Source: Octopus bimaculoides (taxonomy: Eukaryota). From it: DNA of 55,131 nucleotides. The first letter of the stretch is position 1; every line of letters begins with the position of its first letter. This document shows, in pieces, positions 1 to 11,328 of this stretch. The notes beneath the pieces are model-generated. The model worked only from the letters and a program-made list of their open reading frames with translations. It had not been told where the DNA came from and searched no databases. The stretch covers positions 108,766,243 through 108,821,373 of the forward strand of contig NC_068985.1 of NCBI RefSeq assembly GCF_001194135.2, in the 5' to 3' direction. Both the position numbers and the translations under genes were made by a program.

Positions 1-66
1 CCAAGGCGCACAGAGCTGCGCTCGGTAGTGAAGTGAAAGCACGTTATAAAAATAAAACTACTGAAC

Positions 67-116
<50 letters not shown>

Positions 117-580
117 ACTAAAGAAATGTTATTAATGAACGACGGAAAAGTCAGTTCAAAGCTCACCGAAATATTTTGAATATAATATAAAAGTTTGTTG
201 GTAGATATGACCGTTTTGAAAGTTGCACGTTAACAATTTGGAAACAAGACTTCCCTTTTGAATAAAACAAGTGGATGGAAACATTTCGTATGTTCGATGA
301 GTATGTCCGTTTCTGACTCTTGTAGTCACAGAAAACGCAAGCTTACATGGAGCATTGCCTACTACCAATGTTGTAGCTTTAAATCTTAATGAGTTCGCCT
401 TCTTCCATCTATCTTCACTCTCTTTGCAATTGTTACTTACTTTTTGAGAAATTAGACTTTTTTCCACTAATAGCAGTTTTACTGATAATATTGGTTAGCT
501 ATGAAATATATCACGTAGCTACCCAAGGGAAGCAACCTAAAAGCTCAAAAGTACATACTCTCCCGACATTATAATGCATA

Positions 581-795
581 CTCTTTTACTCTTTTACTTG
601 TGTCAGTCATTTGACTGTGGCCATGCTGGAGCACCGCCTGTATAGTCGAGCAAATCGACCCCAGAGCTTATTCTTTGTAAGCCTAGTACTTATTCTATCG
701 GTCTCTTTTGCCGAACCGCTAAGTTACGGTGACGTAAACACACCAGCATCGGTTGTCAACCGATGCTGGGAGGACCGACACACAAACACACACAC

Positions 796-840
<45 letters not shown>

Positions 841-1076
841 NNNNNNNNNNNNNNNNNNNNNNNNNNNNNNNNNNNNNNNNNNNNNNNNNNNNNNNNNNNN
901 NNNNNNNNTATATATATATACATATACGACGGGTTTCCTCTAGTTTCCGTTTACCAAATCCAAGGCTTTGATCGGCCCGAAGCTATAGTAGAAGACACTT
1001 GCCCAAGGTGCCACGCAGTGGGACTGAACGCGAGACCATGTGGTTGGTAAGCAGGCTACTTACCACACAGCCACTC
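581..1076 (-). mobile_element. tRNA-derived SINE family A (head, internal microsatellite, tail)
   Basis: Minus strand starts GAGTGGCTGTGTGGTAAG (A-box-like) and has CGTTCAGTCCC (B-box-like), an internal TA/TG repeat and a GTAAAAGAGTAAAAGAG tail. Collinear with the copy at 16950-17279. Confidence 0.85.
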
Positions 1077-1694
1077 GAAATAGCAATTTCCAAACACCAC
1101 CAATTAAATGTTTACACTTGTGCAGTTATTGAGTACTCGATGGTCCCAGCTAATATGCATAACTAAATACCTACATACATACATACATACATACATACAT
1201 ACATACATACATACATAACAAAAATCTCTGCCAGATGTTATGGGATAATTTGGTAAAACTCCAAACTAGTGAGCTGTAAACCACGGGTGAAATTATTTGG
1301 CAAACCTATGTATAATGAAAATGGATTTCAAGAGAACTGAGCGGAAGAGAAACAAGCGCAAATTTGAAAGCAGCCTTATAAGTTTTCGAAAGCTACGTTC
1401 AACCAAGTTTAACTACCTGCGAATGTTATTGATGAAAGGATCATACACTTCTTTATGCAAACAGGTCGTAAAGTCTTTTGTGAAAGCTAGGTATAAGTGG
1501 GAATCTAGTAGCGGATGAAGTGTTCTAAAAGAAAATGCCAAGTCATCTTTAAAGTTTCTCTAAGACTATTAAATCCTAGAATCAATATTTCTGAAACCTC
1601 ATTAGCAACATTTTAGCCTTATCATAACTGTCTCATTGTTAGCACACCTGATCCAAGTCGAAAAATGTTACTATTTTATATGTGTGGTGTGCGT

Positions 1695-1957
1695 ATTTTA
1701 AAAAATACATTTGGTATTTGGGGCTTACATTTGGAATATTAAATTACCAAACATATACTCAAATACCTCAGTCAACTTGCAAATATAGGCATGCATGCAT
1801 ATATACACACACACACACGCACACACATATTTGTATGTATGTATGTATGTATGCATGCGTGCGTATATTTGCAAGTTGCAAGAGGTATTTGAGGATATGT
1901 TTGGTAATTTAATAAACCAAATGTAAGCCCCCAAATACCAAATGTATTTTTTAAAAT
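1695..1957. repeat. Fold-back inverted repeat 1 (arms 1695-1806 and 1845-1957, microsatellite spacer)
   Basis: Arms are reverse complements with about 10 differences in 112 bp. Confidence 0.9.
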
Positions 1958-1989
1958 TTGCGCATAATCTTTGAATATGCCTTCAGCTT

Positions 1990-3960
1990 GAACCTCTGCT
2001 TCAATGCAGACCGGAATCGTTTACATGCCTGCACTAAACTGGCATCGTCTGGAAAGTGGTGGTCTTCTTTGTAATGGTATAGTTAGTTGTAGTTCATGCC
2101 TCTTCTGCTGTCATTCTTATCGATCTACTATTTTTCCTACATTTTCTATCCATAGGGACTTGTGGGTTGCTATTTCTAGCGATTCCCGTGCCCTGTCGTA
2201 TGGAGGTAGAGGACTGTGATGAAATTGCTGGTCCCTCCAGTATTACCATTCCTCACTACATTGTGCGTCATACTTGAGTTAGTGTTCGAGTCTCTTCGAT
2301 TATTAAACTATTCCTGTTCTGTCTATTCTAGTCAATATTCCCGTTAATGGGGTCGTTTGTCCTGTCTAGACAACTATCTTCGTCGGTCTTCTCGCGGTGT
2401 GTACTGCTACGATTAATTCTAGGTTACGTGCCAGACATTGTGCAGATTCTTTTCTACTCTAGGCACAAGGCCTGAAATTTTTGGGGAGGGGGCCAGTCGA
2501 TGAGATCAACCCCAGTATGCTTAATTTATCGACCCCGAAAGGATGAAAGGCGAAGTCAACCTCGGCGGAATTTGAACTCAGAACGTAAACAGACGAAATA
2601 CCTATTTCTTTACTGCCCACAAGGGGCTACACACAGAGGGGACAAACAAGGACAGGCAAACGGATTAAGTCGATTATATCGACCCCAGTGCGTAACTGGT
2701 ACTTAATTTATCGACCCCGAAAGGATGAAAGGCAAAGTCGACCTCGGCGGAATTTGAACTCAGAACGCAGTGGCAGACGAAATACCGCTAAGCATTTCCT
2801 CCAGCGTGCTAACGTTTCTGCCAGCTCACCGCCTCGACATTGTGTATATCGACTATTCTATGGTATTTGCTTGACTTGAGGGAGTGTTTCTCGATCGCAG
2901 TGTAAAACTGCATTGGAAATTATTTATTCCCCGAATCCAGCATTGTACCACAGAGTAGTCCTGGAATTTCCATTACTTTAGGCGTTATTATGTTTGGTAT
3001 AGTTGGTAATGTTAGGGCCTTTCCTTCCTCAGTGGTTGCTATCATCTTGTCCGAGACTCTTGTTATCATGTTTATAATGTTGTGCATATCTGTACGCCAG
3101 GGGTAGTTTTTTTCACTTCTAAAGTTCAGCATACTATCGATTCTGTCATTATTCTTACTAGGTAGTTCCAGCCACGATTCCTTCGAATTTCTATCGTTTT
3201 CACTACTGTCCGAGTTGCATATTTATTTGGGTGTATCCTATATATTTTTCCCTCTCTTTTCTTTTCTTATTGTTTTCTCTATACTGTTATTGGGTTTTAT
3301 CTGGTAGTTATGGTTATTTTTTCTAGTGTAATTTGTTATTCTTCGTGTTACCTTATACTTATATATTTTAGTTTGGTTCACTGGGTTGTACACTAATTTA
3401 TCTTTCTATCCTGCTTCCTCTAACGCTCTGTTATAGCATTTCTCGTTTAGTTTAAACATCTCTTCATTAACCGAGAGTCTATATATGCAGGCAGAAATGT
3501 GTCTAACTATGGACTCAGTTATGCACTTGCTGTAATTACTATTGAAGTTTATGTATTTTAGATTGTCGTTGGGTTCGTGGTATTGTTTGAATAAGCCGGT
3601 ACTTAAATCTAATGAAACATCTCAGAAGTTGACTACAGTATGTTCATCCTCCATTGAGATGGGTAGCCTTATACCTTTGAAGAACTTGAATAATTTTTTT
3701 TCCACGGCACAGAGTATGAGCATTTGCATATGCAATCGGGCATACTTTTCTGTGTAGATTCGTTCTGGGTGTTTCAACCAGCTTGTTTCGAAGTGAACTC
3801 AAGTGAGTTATTTGTCTATTGGCTAGCGTTCAGGAGGAAGCGAGGGGAAGTTAGTTTGAATCTGAAATCCGATCTGGTTGGAAAATTGCATGGTTGGCCT
3901 CAGCTTCACACCCATTGTCTACCGAATTCAGGATTCTATCTAATTAGGTCAAAGATTATT
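1990..3960 (-). mobile_element. Decayed Penelope-like retroelement (RT C-terminus and GIY-YIG remnants)
   Basis: Minus 3700-3382 translates KKLFKFFKGIRLPISMEDEHTVVNF*DVSLDLSTGLFKQYHEPNDNLKYINFNSNYSKCITESIVRHISACIYRLSVNEEMFKLNEKCYNRALEEAG*KDKLVYNP, resembling the Penelope RT 'VNFLDVTL...YHKPN..L.YIN..SNHP' and 'YN.AL..SGY' motifs. V*TGQTT (2371-2351) resembles the YIG motif. Interrupted by the B dimer. Confidence 0.75.
2443..2835 (-). mobile_element. tRNA-derived SINE family B, dimeric copy with TSD
   Basis: Minus strand GGCGGTGAGCTGGCAGAAACGTTAGCA...GAGTTCAAATTCC; the body occurs twice; flanked by 9-bp direct repeat GACATTGTG (2434-2442 and 2836-2844). Confidence 0.85.
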
Positions 3961-4007
3961 TTTATCGTTTTAACAGGCTTATTTGTGTATTGTAATAAGG
4001 GTGAGTG

Positions 4008-4057
<50 letters not shown>

Positions 4058-4105
4058 TGTGTGTATGTATGTATGTATGTATGTATGTAATGTATATATA
4101 TGTAC

Positions 4106-4530
4106 GTATGGTTATGGGTAAAGACACCCTCGGTCATGAATGTCCATGGGATTGCCCCTAGAATGTTACCCTCCGAGGAACAAGTTCGAGCAAGGTTGTT
4201 TTATGGAAGGCCAGCAATCACCCATGCATACCATCTCCCCTCTCCAGGCCACTGATGATATCCAAGGGAAAAGCAAAGGCCGATACAGCCTGGCACCAGT
4301 GACGTTGCAACTCATTTCTACAATGCATATATACATACATGTGCGTGTGTTTGTTACCAACCATTTGGCAACCGATGATGTTTTGTTTACTTTACCTTCT
4401 CGTAACTTAGTGGTTCGTCAGAAGAAAGTGCCAGACTTAAGAATTTCCTATTGGGGTCGATTTCTCCGACTAATCTCTTCAAGATGGTGCCCTAGCCTGA
4501 CCACCGACCAATGACTAACACAAGTAAAAG
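4106..4530 (+). repeat. Interspersed-repeat fragments (unclassified segment 4106-4322; decayed family A tail about 4345-4530)
   Basis: GC-richer block after a microsatellite; CGTAACTTAGTGGTTCG matches the family A tail. Confidence 0.45.
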
Positions 4531-6198
4531 ATAAAAGATTGTGTCACATATCTGACGTTCATATATTTATATACGTGTCCTGCAAATGCTGATGTGTCAG
4601 TAAACGAAAACCACAATAGATTTTATAGGGAAGGTCATTATATAATAATCACGCAATATGTATGCACCTAACTTATATTGAATAAACCTTGTATACTGTG
4701 ATTTATGTTTTATCGTTACAACTCTAATACCATAATAATATTAATATTGTATGTGTATATAATGCTTACTGCAATATATTCTGAAAAAATACACAACGAA
4801 CTTGGATCAGAAACTACTCAGGCAATGTATGTTGTAACACATATATTAATTTACTGCATCTATGTTAATTTATTGCATCTCATGGGGTTCAGTTGCAGGT
4901 TATTTATATTCAAAATGCTATCCTTTTAGACGGTACTGACACTGTGGTATATACATGTATACATGCTTCTATACATGTGTGTGTACATTTATGCGTGTGT
5001 TTCTGACTGTTTATTAAAACAAAAGTTGACAGTGTACTCCGAGTTTCATCCCATGCTACTGTTCAGATCTGATTATACATTTTAACTGGCCAATGAAAGT
5101 CTATATCAGACAATGTTTGAACTATGAAACATTTTTTTTTACATGTTTTCTAACTCTTATATTACCACACACACACACACTCGCATACATTTTGAACTTG
5201 TCGATCGATTTCCCACGACTTCGAAGATAATGTAAAATGTAAATTTCTTCAAGCTATTGTTTTGAATTTACTTATAGAATGTTGTTACATTTCTTCGGTA
5301 AAATAATCTCAAGGGTCAAAGCATATGAAAAAGGTTGATTAATTTGGCATGAAATTTATAGACGCTGGTATCAAATTCATTTGAAAACTTATTCAAAATA
5401 ATTGCTTTCTTCGAAGCTGTAAAGACAAACATAAAATAGAATGTTACATACGTAGATTTAGAATGGAACCAAGTTCTCCTGCTAAAACTAATCAGAGAAT
5501 AGGTCAAAAGATTATAGTATTTATCTGGAAATACAGAAAGACGCAGAATAGTCGAAATGTGTCTTACTACATGTAGAGAGTTCGAGAGATCGTATCTTTC
5601 TGAAAGCAATGAGTTGTTGTAATGTATGTATAGAGTAAAAACCAACTGCAAGATTCACAATGTATGTATATGCTATTAGAATTTAAATTTCTTTAAAATT
5701 GAGTTTCTTCAAATTTAAATTTTAAGTTCAGTTTTAATTACGACCAAAAATTATTCCTTATCATATACTAGATCGTTTTCAGATTTGAAAAGATCTATAT
5801 TTGTCTTTTCATGAAAAAAATAATCTCTTTATAATCTGGAACATAAAAGCGGTGATAAACTTGCCAGAAATAATATCGTAATATAAATATATAACACTTC
5901 TCAAAGACAAAATGACGACAATGGACTAAATTAAATGTATGGACCGTTGGATTTAAGAATATGTTTCAATTATATAAAATATGAAAAAAAGAATCAGAAC
6001 TGAAGAGCCATTTTCCATTGGTACCAAAAATAGTTTATCTGAAATGGTAAGGTATATAATAAAGTGTGCCATTTGTACAGAGAAAAACACTTCAGATGCA
6101 AAAATTGAAATTTGCTTTTAATAATGGCATCATATATAGGGTGTTACCCTCTACCAGAAAGTAATAAAAACAACAGAGGAATAATATACTAATATATA

Positions 6199-6450
6199 AC
6201 ACGTGTACTGGTTTGAGTATATTCACTTTCGTTGACACGGGCACTCGCACACATCGAGAAAGTCTATATGAACACCATCATTTTCGTGGCACAAAATGAT
6301 GCGGCCCCATATCCTGTGTGATAATTTACGAAACTGTGCTTTGGTGATTGTTGCAAAGGCTAAAAAAACAGCGTCTTTCAACTGTTAGCTATTGTGGTAT
6401 CGCTCTTGCGAAACTTACTCCTTGATAATAGAAAATTAAAACAATATTTA
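6199..6450 (-). mobile_element. Tc1/mariner 3'-end fragment, same family as 35713-35962
   Basis: Reverse complement aligns to 35713-35962 at roughly 80% by eye. Confidence 0.65.
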
Positions 6451-7599
6451 CAGGTGGTGACAAGACATATCGAACCACTCTGTAGTTTAAATTGATTCAA
6501 ATACTATTTTGTTAATTATATCCTGTCATGTAACTCTATCGTGACATCATCAAACATCACAAGGCAGATTATATTATCGTATATATATGTAGTACTTTGA
6601 AAATTTGCAAAAAAGATACCTTAAAGTATCGATATATTTTGCCATCGATTTTTTGCAGATGTCACTCACGCGATATTTGATTAACGGTTCCATTCATACA
6701 TAGCTAATGGATGCAAATGCAAACCTTCCGTTTAACTATTCAGTGCATTCGTGTTTTGACTAGTGAGCTCTACACCAAGACAGTCCTTGTTTTCTTATAT
6801 AATTTATGCTATAGGGTCAGATCACTGTTCCATTAACTATAGATGTTCAAACAAACTTTAAATGAATCAGTATCGTAAATTCGTGAGGGCCTGCTTAGAA
6901 AGATTTTCATTCTGCCCTTCATTTCACTAGCTCACTAAAGAATTCCTGAGAATAAAATCTAAGATAATTTCAATTTAATAGATTCTACGCCTATAGTATC
7001 GACTGTGATACGATTTCCCCTAGGGCTGCTCATATCAATCCAGTTCATATAAAATATGAAAAGGAGAAGGGACAATGTGACCTCTTCCTCCATTCCAGCA
7101 TGCACTTTGAAACGTATTTCGTGATTCAAATACAAAACCAGCTTGATGCTTTGTACAAATACGACCCCCTACCAAAGTATGCAATATGAAAGGGTTTCAA
7201 ATTTGTCGCATGTGTTGATAAAGAGCGCATTCAGATCTGAGAGGGATCTGTTTGAAATATATATTGCATTCTCTACCCGATGATGAGATACAACCAACAA
7301 TAAACCTGCTACTTGTTCCAAGAGGCGAGGTATGGGATCACAGAAGATTTAAATTAACATGATTATCTTTTCTGCTGCGTACTAGTATTGTAGTTTTCTC
7401 TATCTGAGTCTATGATAAAGCACTTCATTGCGCATCATTCGGAAAGAAGGGAATATCTTTAATATTGTTTACTTATGATCAATTTTCTTCCTACATTTGT
7501 TTACCGCATGAATAGTTCTCTGCATTGAGAGATTACAGCTACAGTAATACGGATATGTTGGAATGCTGCTTGGAAGAATCGCAAGACGGATTCCACAGC

Positions 7600-8160
7600 G
7601 GAGTCGATCGGCGGAAGAACTAGGGCTAGACCAAGAGCGAGGTAGGTGGATAATATACTTAGTCAAAAATGGCAATTCTGTCAGAAATCCTAATGATGGT
7701 TTCTTCTCAAAGAATCCTACGCAGGTGTTGCCTGAGACTCTAACACCACGAACATCTCAAACACACTGTGGATGAATAGTTTAAATACAATCTTTGAGAC
7801 GCTTTGCCTTGTTTGATAGAATGGAAAAAAGGAGAGGGTTTCTCATTTGGGAATCATTTGCAATTGGGCACAAAAACAAGAAAAGTGAAGGAAAGATTAA
7901 CCAAAGCGTCTCTTCGTGGTTTGTTGAGTTGTAAGTAATAAAATGGAAAATGAATGATAGAAAGTTTGACACATGCGTCAGTAGAAGTACCACTCTACCA
8001 GCCTGCATTCACAATAATGATATGGAGGGATTTCCGAAGTTTAAGAAGTACCAAGTGGCAAGAATCAACAAAGTTCTTTAGCAATTTCCGAAAGAATGAA
8101 GCTTGCAGCGAAAAAGGCTACTGTCGTAACATTTTTCAGGGGTTGATTGGAATTGTAGCC
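7600..8160 (+). mobile_element. Possible heavily decayed Tc1-like transposase remnant
   Basis: YQPAFTIMIWRDF and SEKGYCRNIFQG loosely resemble Tc1 'K.P.SVMVWG' and 'MNSEKY..IL' motifs; weak. Confidence 0.3.
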
Positions 8161-8331
8161 AAATGCCGTTACATGAGGGTGAGTACATACACATGCACAC
8201 GTATATAACCATATATATATTATTTTACAAGAAAAGTAATTTAACAGTGACATCGAAGTCACTTTCTATATTTTTGTTTATAGTATGCTAAATATCTATT
8301 GTCTCTCGAGAGTTTATCATATATATATTGC

Positions 8332-8440
8332 ATTTCCTGTCTGAGTTTCCAAAGGGGCCAGTTTTCATTCTACTAGAGGGGGTGCAGTTAATAAATGTGT
8401 GCCAGTACTTCGACTAGAAGCTACCCTAGAATGAATGATT

Positions 8441-8490
<50 letters not shown>

Positions 8491-8601
8491 GCAATCATTC
8501 ATTCTAGGGTAGCTTCTAGTCGGAGTACTGGCACACATTTATTAACTGCACCCCTTCTAGTAGAATGAAAACTGGCCCCTTTGGAAACTCAGACAGGAAA
8601 T
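8332..8601. repeat. Fold-back inverted repeat 2 (arms 8332-8443 and 8490-8601, (CA)n(TA)n spacer)
   Basis: 112-bp arms, reverse complementary with 2 mismatches. Confidence 0.95.
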
Positions 8602-9478
8602 TCAAGATGAGATTGAATTTTGAAGCAAGTTTAGTCTGTCACTCTATTTTTGCCAACTGTCTGCTGCTAATGATGATAGCAGTGACATTCTTGGTTAGAA
8701 TAATGATGATGATAATGTTAATGATGATGACGATGATTATAATGACAATGAGTATGACGATGTCTGCCATAATGAAAGAGACACTGCTCTCCGGGTTGTC
8801 AGACACGTAATGCAGTGCCATTCCGGTACACTAATCTGCCAAAATCTGAACAAAAGCTGAACCATACTGGCATCAAATCAGAAATGCTCCATTGTTCACC
8901 AGTAGTCTACACTGAAACAAATTACCTCAAAATACGGACATGCATAGAAATAGCACCCACCCCACTGCCATACACACACACATACATTAGCACATGTGCA
9001 TAGAACCCCCCTCCCCATAGACACACACAGGCACACACTCATACGCACTCACACGCATACACACACACATATGCACATGCAGACATAGAGAGAAAGACTA
9101 AGAGCGGGAGACAGATAAATCGGTATCTTGCTATGTATTCATATATGCATTTGCGTAATTTGCGTGCGTGTTTATGTGTGTGTGTGTGTGTTGCTACTCA
9201 GGCCAGACTGAAATTGTCTTCAATTAGAAGGACACAGTCACAGACACCCTCGAACATGCACACGCATTCACTGTGCACATATACATGTATGCGTTTAGTG
9301 TAATATATACGTAGCGTATATATATATATATATATNNNNNNNNNNNNNNNNNNNNNNNNNNNNNNNNNNNNNNNNNNNNNNNNNNNNNNNNNNNNNNNNN
9401 NNNNNNNNNNNNNNNNNNNNNNNNNNNNNNNNNNNNNNNNNNNNNNNNNNNNNNNNNNNNNNNNNNNNNNNNNNNNNN

Positions 9479-9528
<50 letters not shown>

Positions 9529-9895
9529 ACATAAAGAAAAAGAGAAAGAAAGAACAAGAGAGGGGTAGGAGAGGTTAGTACAAATGGACAGACAATTTTT
9601 TTTAACGTTTTTGCTTGTCATTGTTTTTGTTGTAGTTGTTCTGGGTGGCACCAATTGTTAGAATGTTTCATTAAATTAGGAATTAGCAGTTATTTATTTC
9701 TTGTTACACCTGTAATGAGCGGCAGTTGAGTTAGGCATGTGTCTATGTCAGAGAGAATAAGAGACAAGAGAAGGAGTGAGAGTGATCGAGAAAGAAAAAA
9801 GCGGGAAATATAGAGAGGGAGGGAGAACTTTAAACAGTTCAAAGAGAGTAAATAGTTGAGGACATTTAATTACTGCGAGTAATTGCAGTTTTTCC

Positions 9896-9903
9896 TATAT
9901 AAG
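9896..9903 (+). promoter_or_regulatory. Putative TATA box of gene A
   Basis: TATATAAG 127 nt upstream of the ATG. Gene B has a TATA-like element at a matching distance (135 nt). Confidence 0.65.
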
Positions 9904-10022
9904 AGGAATCTGCAGTTCTAAGCAGCACCACTAACATTCATTTGATCTTAGCTTGTGGCTCTACACGGCTCTCCAGTTAAGTACACCGTTGAATTTACAA
10001 CATCATCCAACAAACATCAAAC

Positions 10023-10155
10023 ATGCCTTCCTACACTCTCCACTACTTCAACCACCGTGGCCGTGCCGAGATCTGCCGTATGCTGTTCGCAGCTGCAGGT
10101 GTGCAGTACAATGACCGAAGGATCGAGTCTTCAGAATGGGACAATATGAGAAGCA
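10023..10155 (+). CDS. S-crystallin gene A, coding exon 1 (GST N-terminal domain)
   Basis: ATG at 10023 encodes [44 protein letters not shown] plus 1 nt, then donor GTAAGT at 10156. This is the typical cephalopod S-crystallin/sigma-GST N-terminus (Tyr8, Arg14). Confidence 0.97.
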
Positions 10156-11279
10156 GTAAGTGCTTATTTGTTTTCTTTCATTCTTCTTCCCCTACTCGGT
10201 CATGCCAAAAGCGAGTGTGTGAGCAATCTCTGATCTATTAATTTCAATTGCTCATCTCTCAAATAACATTTTATTAGCTTAAGAAAATAAAGACACATTA
10301 GTGCATTATGTCTGGGAACAGACGAGATGGTCATGGCTGGAATAATTTTGAGTATAGATCTGCTCAGTGAAAACTCATCTGCATTTAAGAAACTGTCTTA
10401 ACTTTTAATTATTTTTATCTTACTACTGGAGAGTTGGAAAGGCTTTGTAGTAGCTTCCGTACTTACTCTACGGTTTTGAATAACACAGAGACGATTCAAG
10501 ACCAACATGAACAAAAATACATAAATATATGCCCGGAGCGTGTTGGAAATGTCCGTGTCAAATAACGACGGAGTCAAGCTCGATTTAGTCTGACCTGAAG
10601 ATGAATAAATGAATACATATCTGAAGAATGCCTTAGCAAAGTTGAAATTTTTGTGTAGAAAATTTACTATTTAGTTGTAAACTGATCTATCGTAGGTTTA
10701 TATTGTAAAGTAGCTGTCTGATATCTCATCGTATATCTGCTTAAATACCACCGTCTCTTTCTTTTTGTAAGTTAGCCCAGGCAGAAGTGAAATGTTCTTG
10801 ACATTTGCATCCTTTGAGAGAACAAACAATACCACTATCTATGCAATTGGAAAATATTGATGTCCATCTCCTGACATGCATCATGTGCTATAATGTGAGA
10901 CAGTATCACTTCATTTGGGTTTTAAGTTGCGCAAGTCCAGATTTGCAAATCAAATGCAACCAACTTCTTCATGTCAATCTTCTACAAATTTAAAAATAGT
11001 TCAAGTCTTATAAGCATAACCATAAATAAATTAGTCTTCCCTTTAAACAGGGCGATAGTCTGACTCCCGATCGCTTATCGCCATTGAAACCTAAATCAAA
11101 CTAGCCTTCGTTTATTTCCCTTAGAATTTTAGAAAAGGAAAAGAAAGGCAAAGAAATGAGATTAAATATAAATAGTGGTTCCCTATAACGTGTTGCTTAA
11201 AATCAAAAATTAAAGAAAGAATTGGAGCGATGGTTTTGAATGCAAAGTGCATGATGCCTGAATGTCCTTTAATGTTACG

Positions 11280-11328
<49 letters not shown>

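Noticed and set aside
4248-4280. CTGATGA followed by GGGAAAA, a possible hammerhead
   Set aside because: No convincing stem II or stem I, and no GAAAC-UH arrangement.
8639-8821. Hydrophobic Ile/Met-rich ORFs resembling membrane peptides (also 41371-41973 and 38465-38650)
   Set aside because: They are translations of ATG/ATT/AAT triplet repeats.
9968-9976. CTCTCCAG (and CCTGTACAG at 37978-37986) as acceptors of an upstream non-coding exon
   Set aside because: TATA boxes and a shared upstream motif at matching distances in both genes favour an unspliced leader. Not excluded without TSS data.
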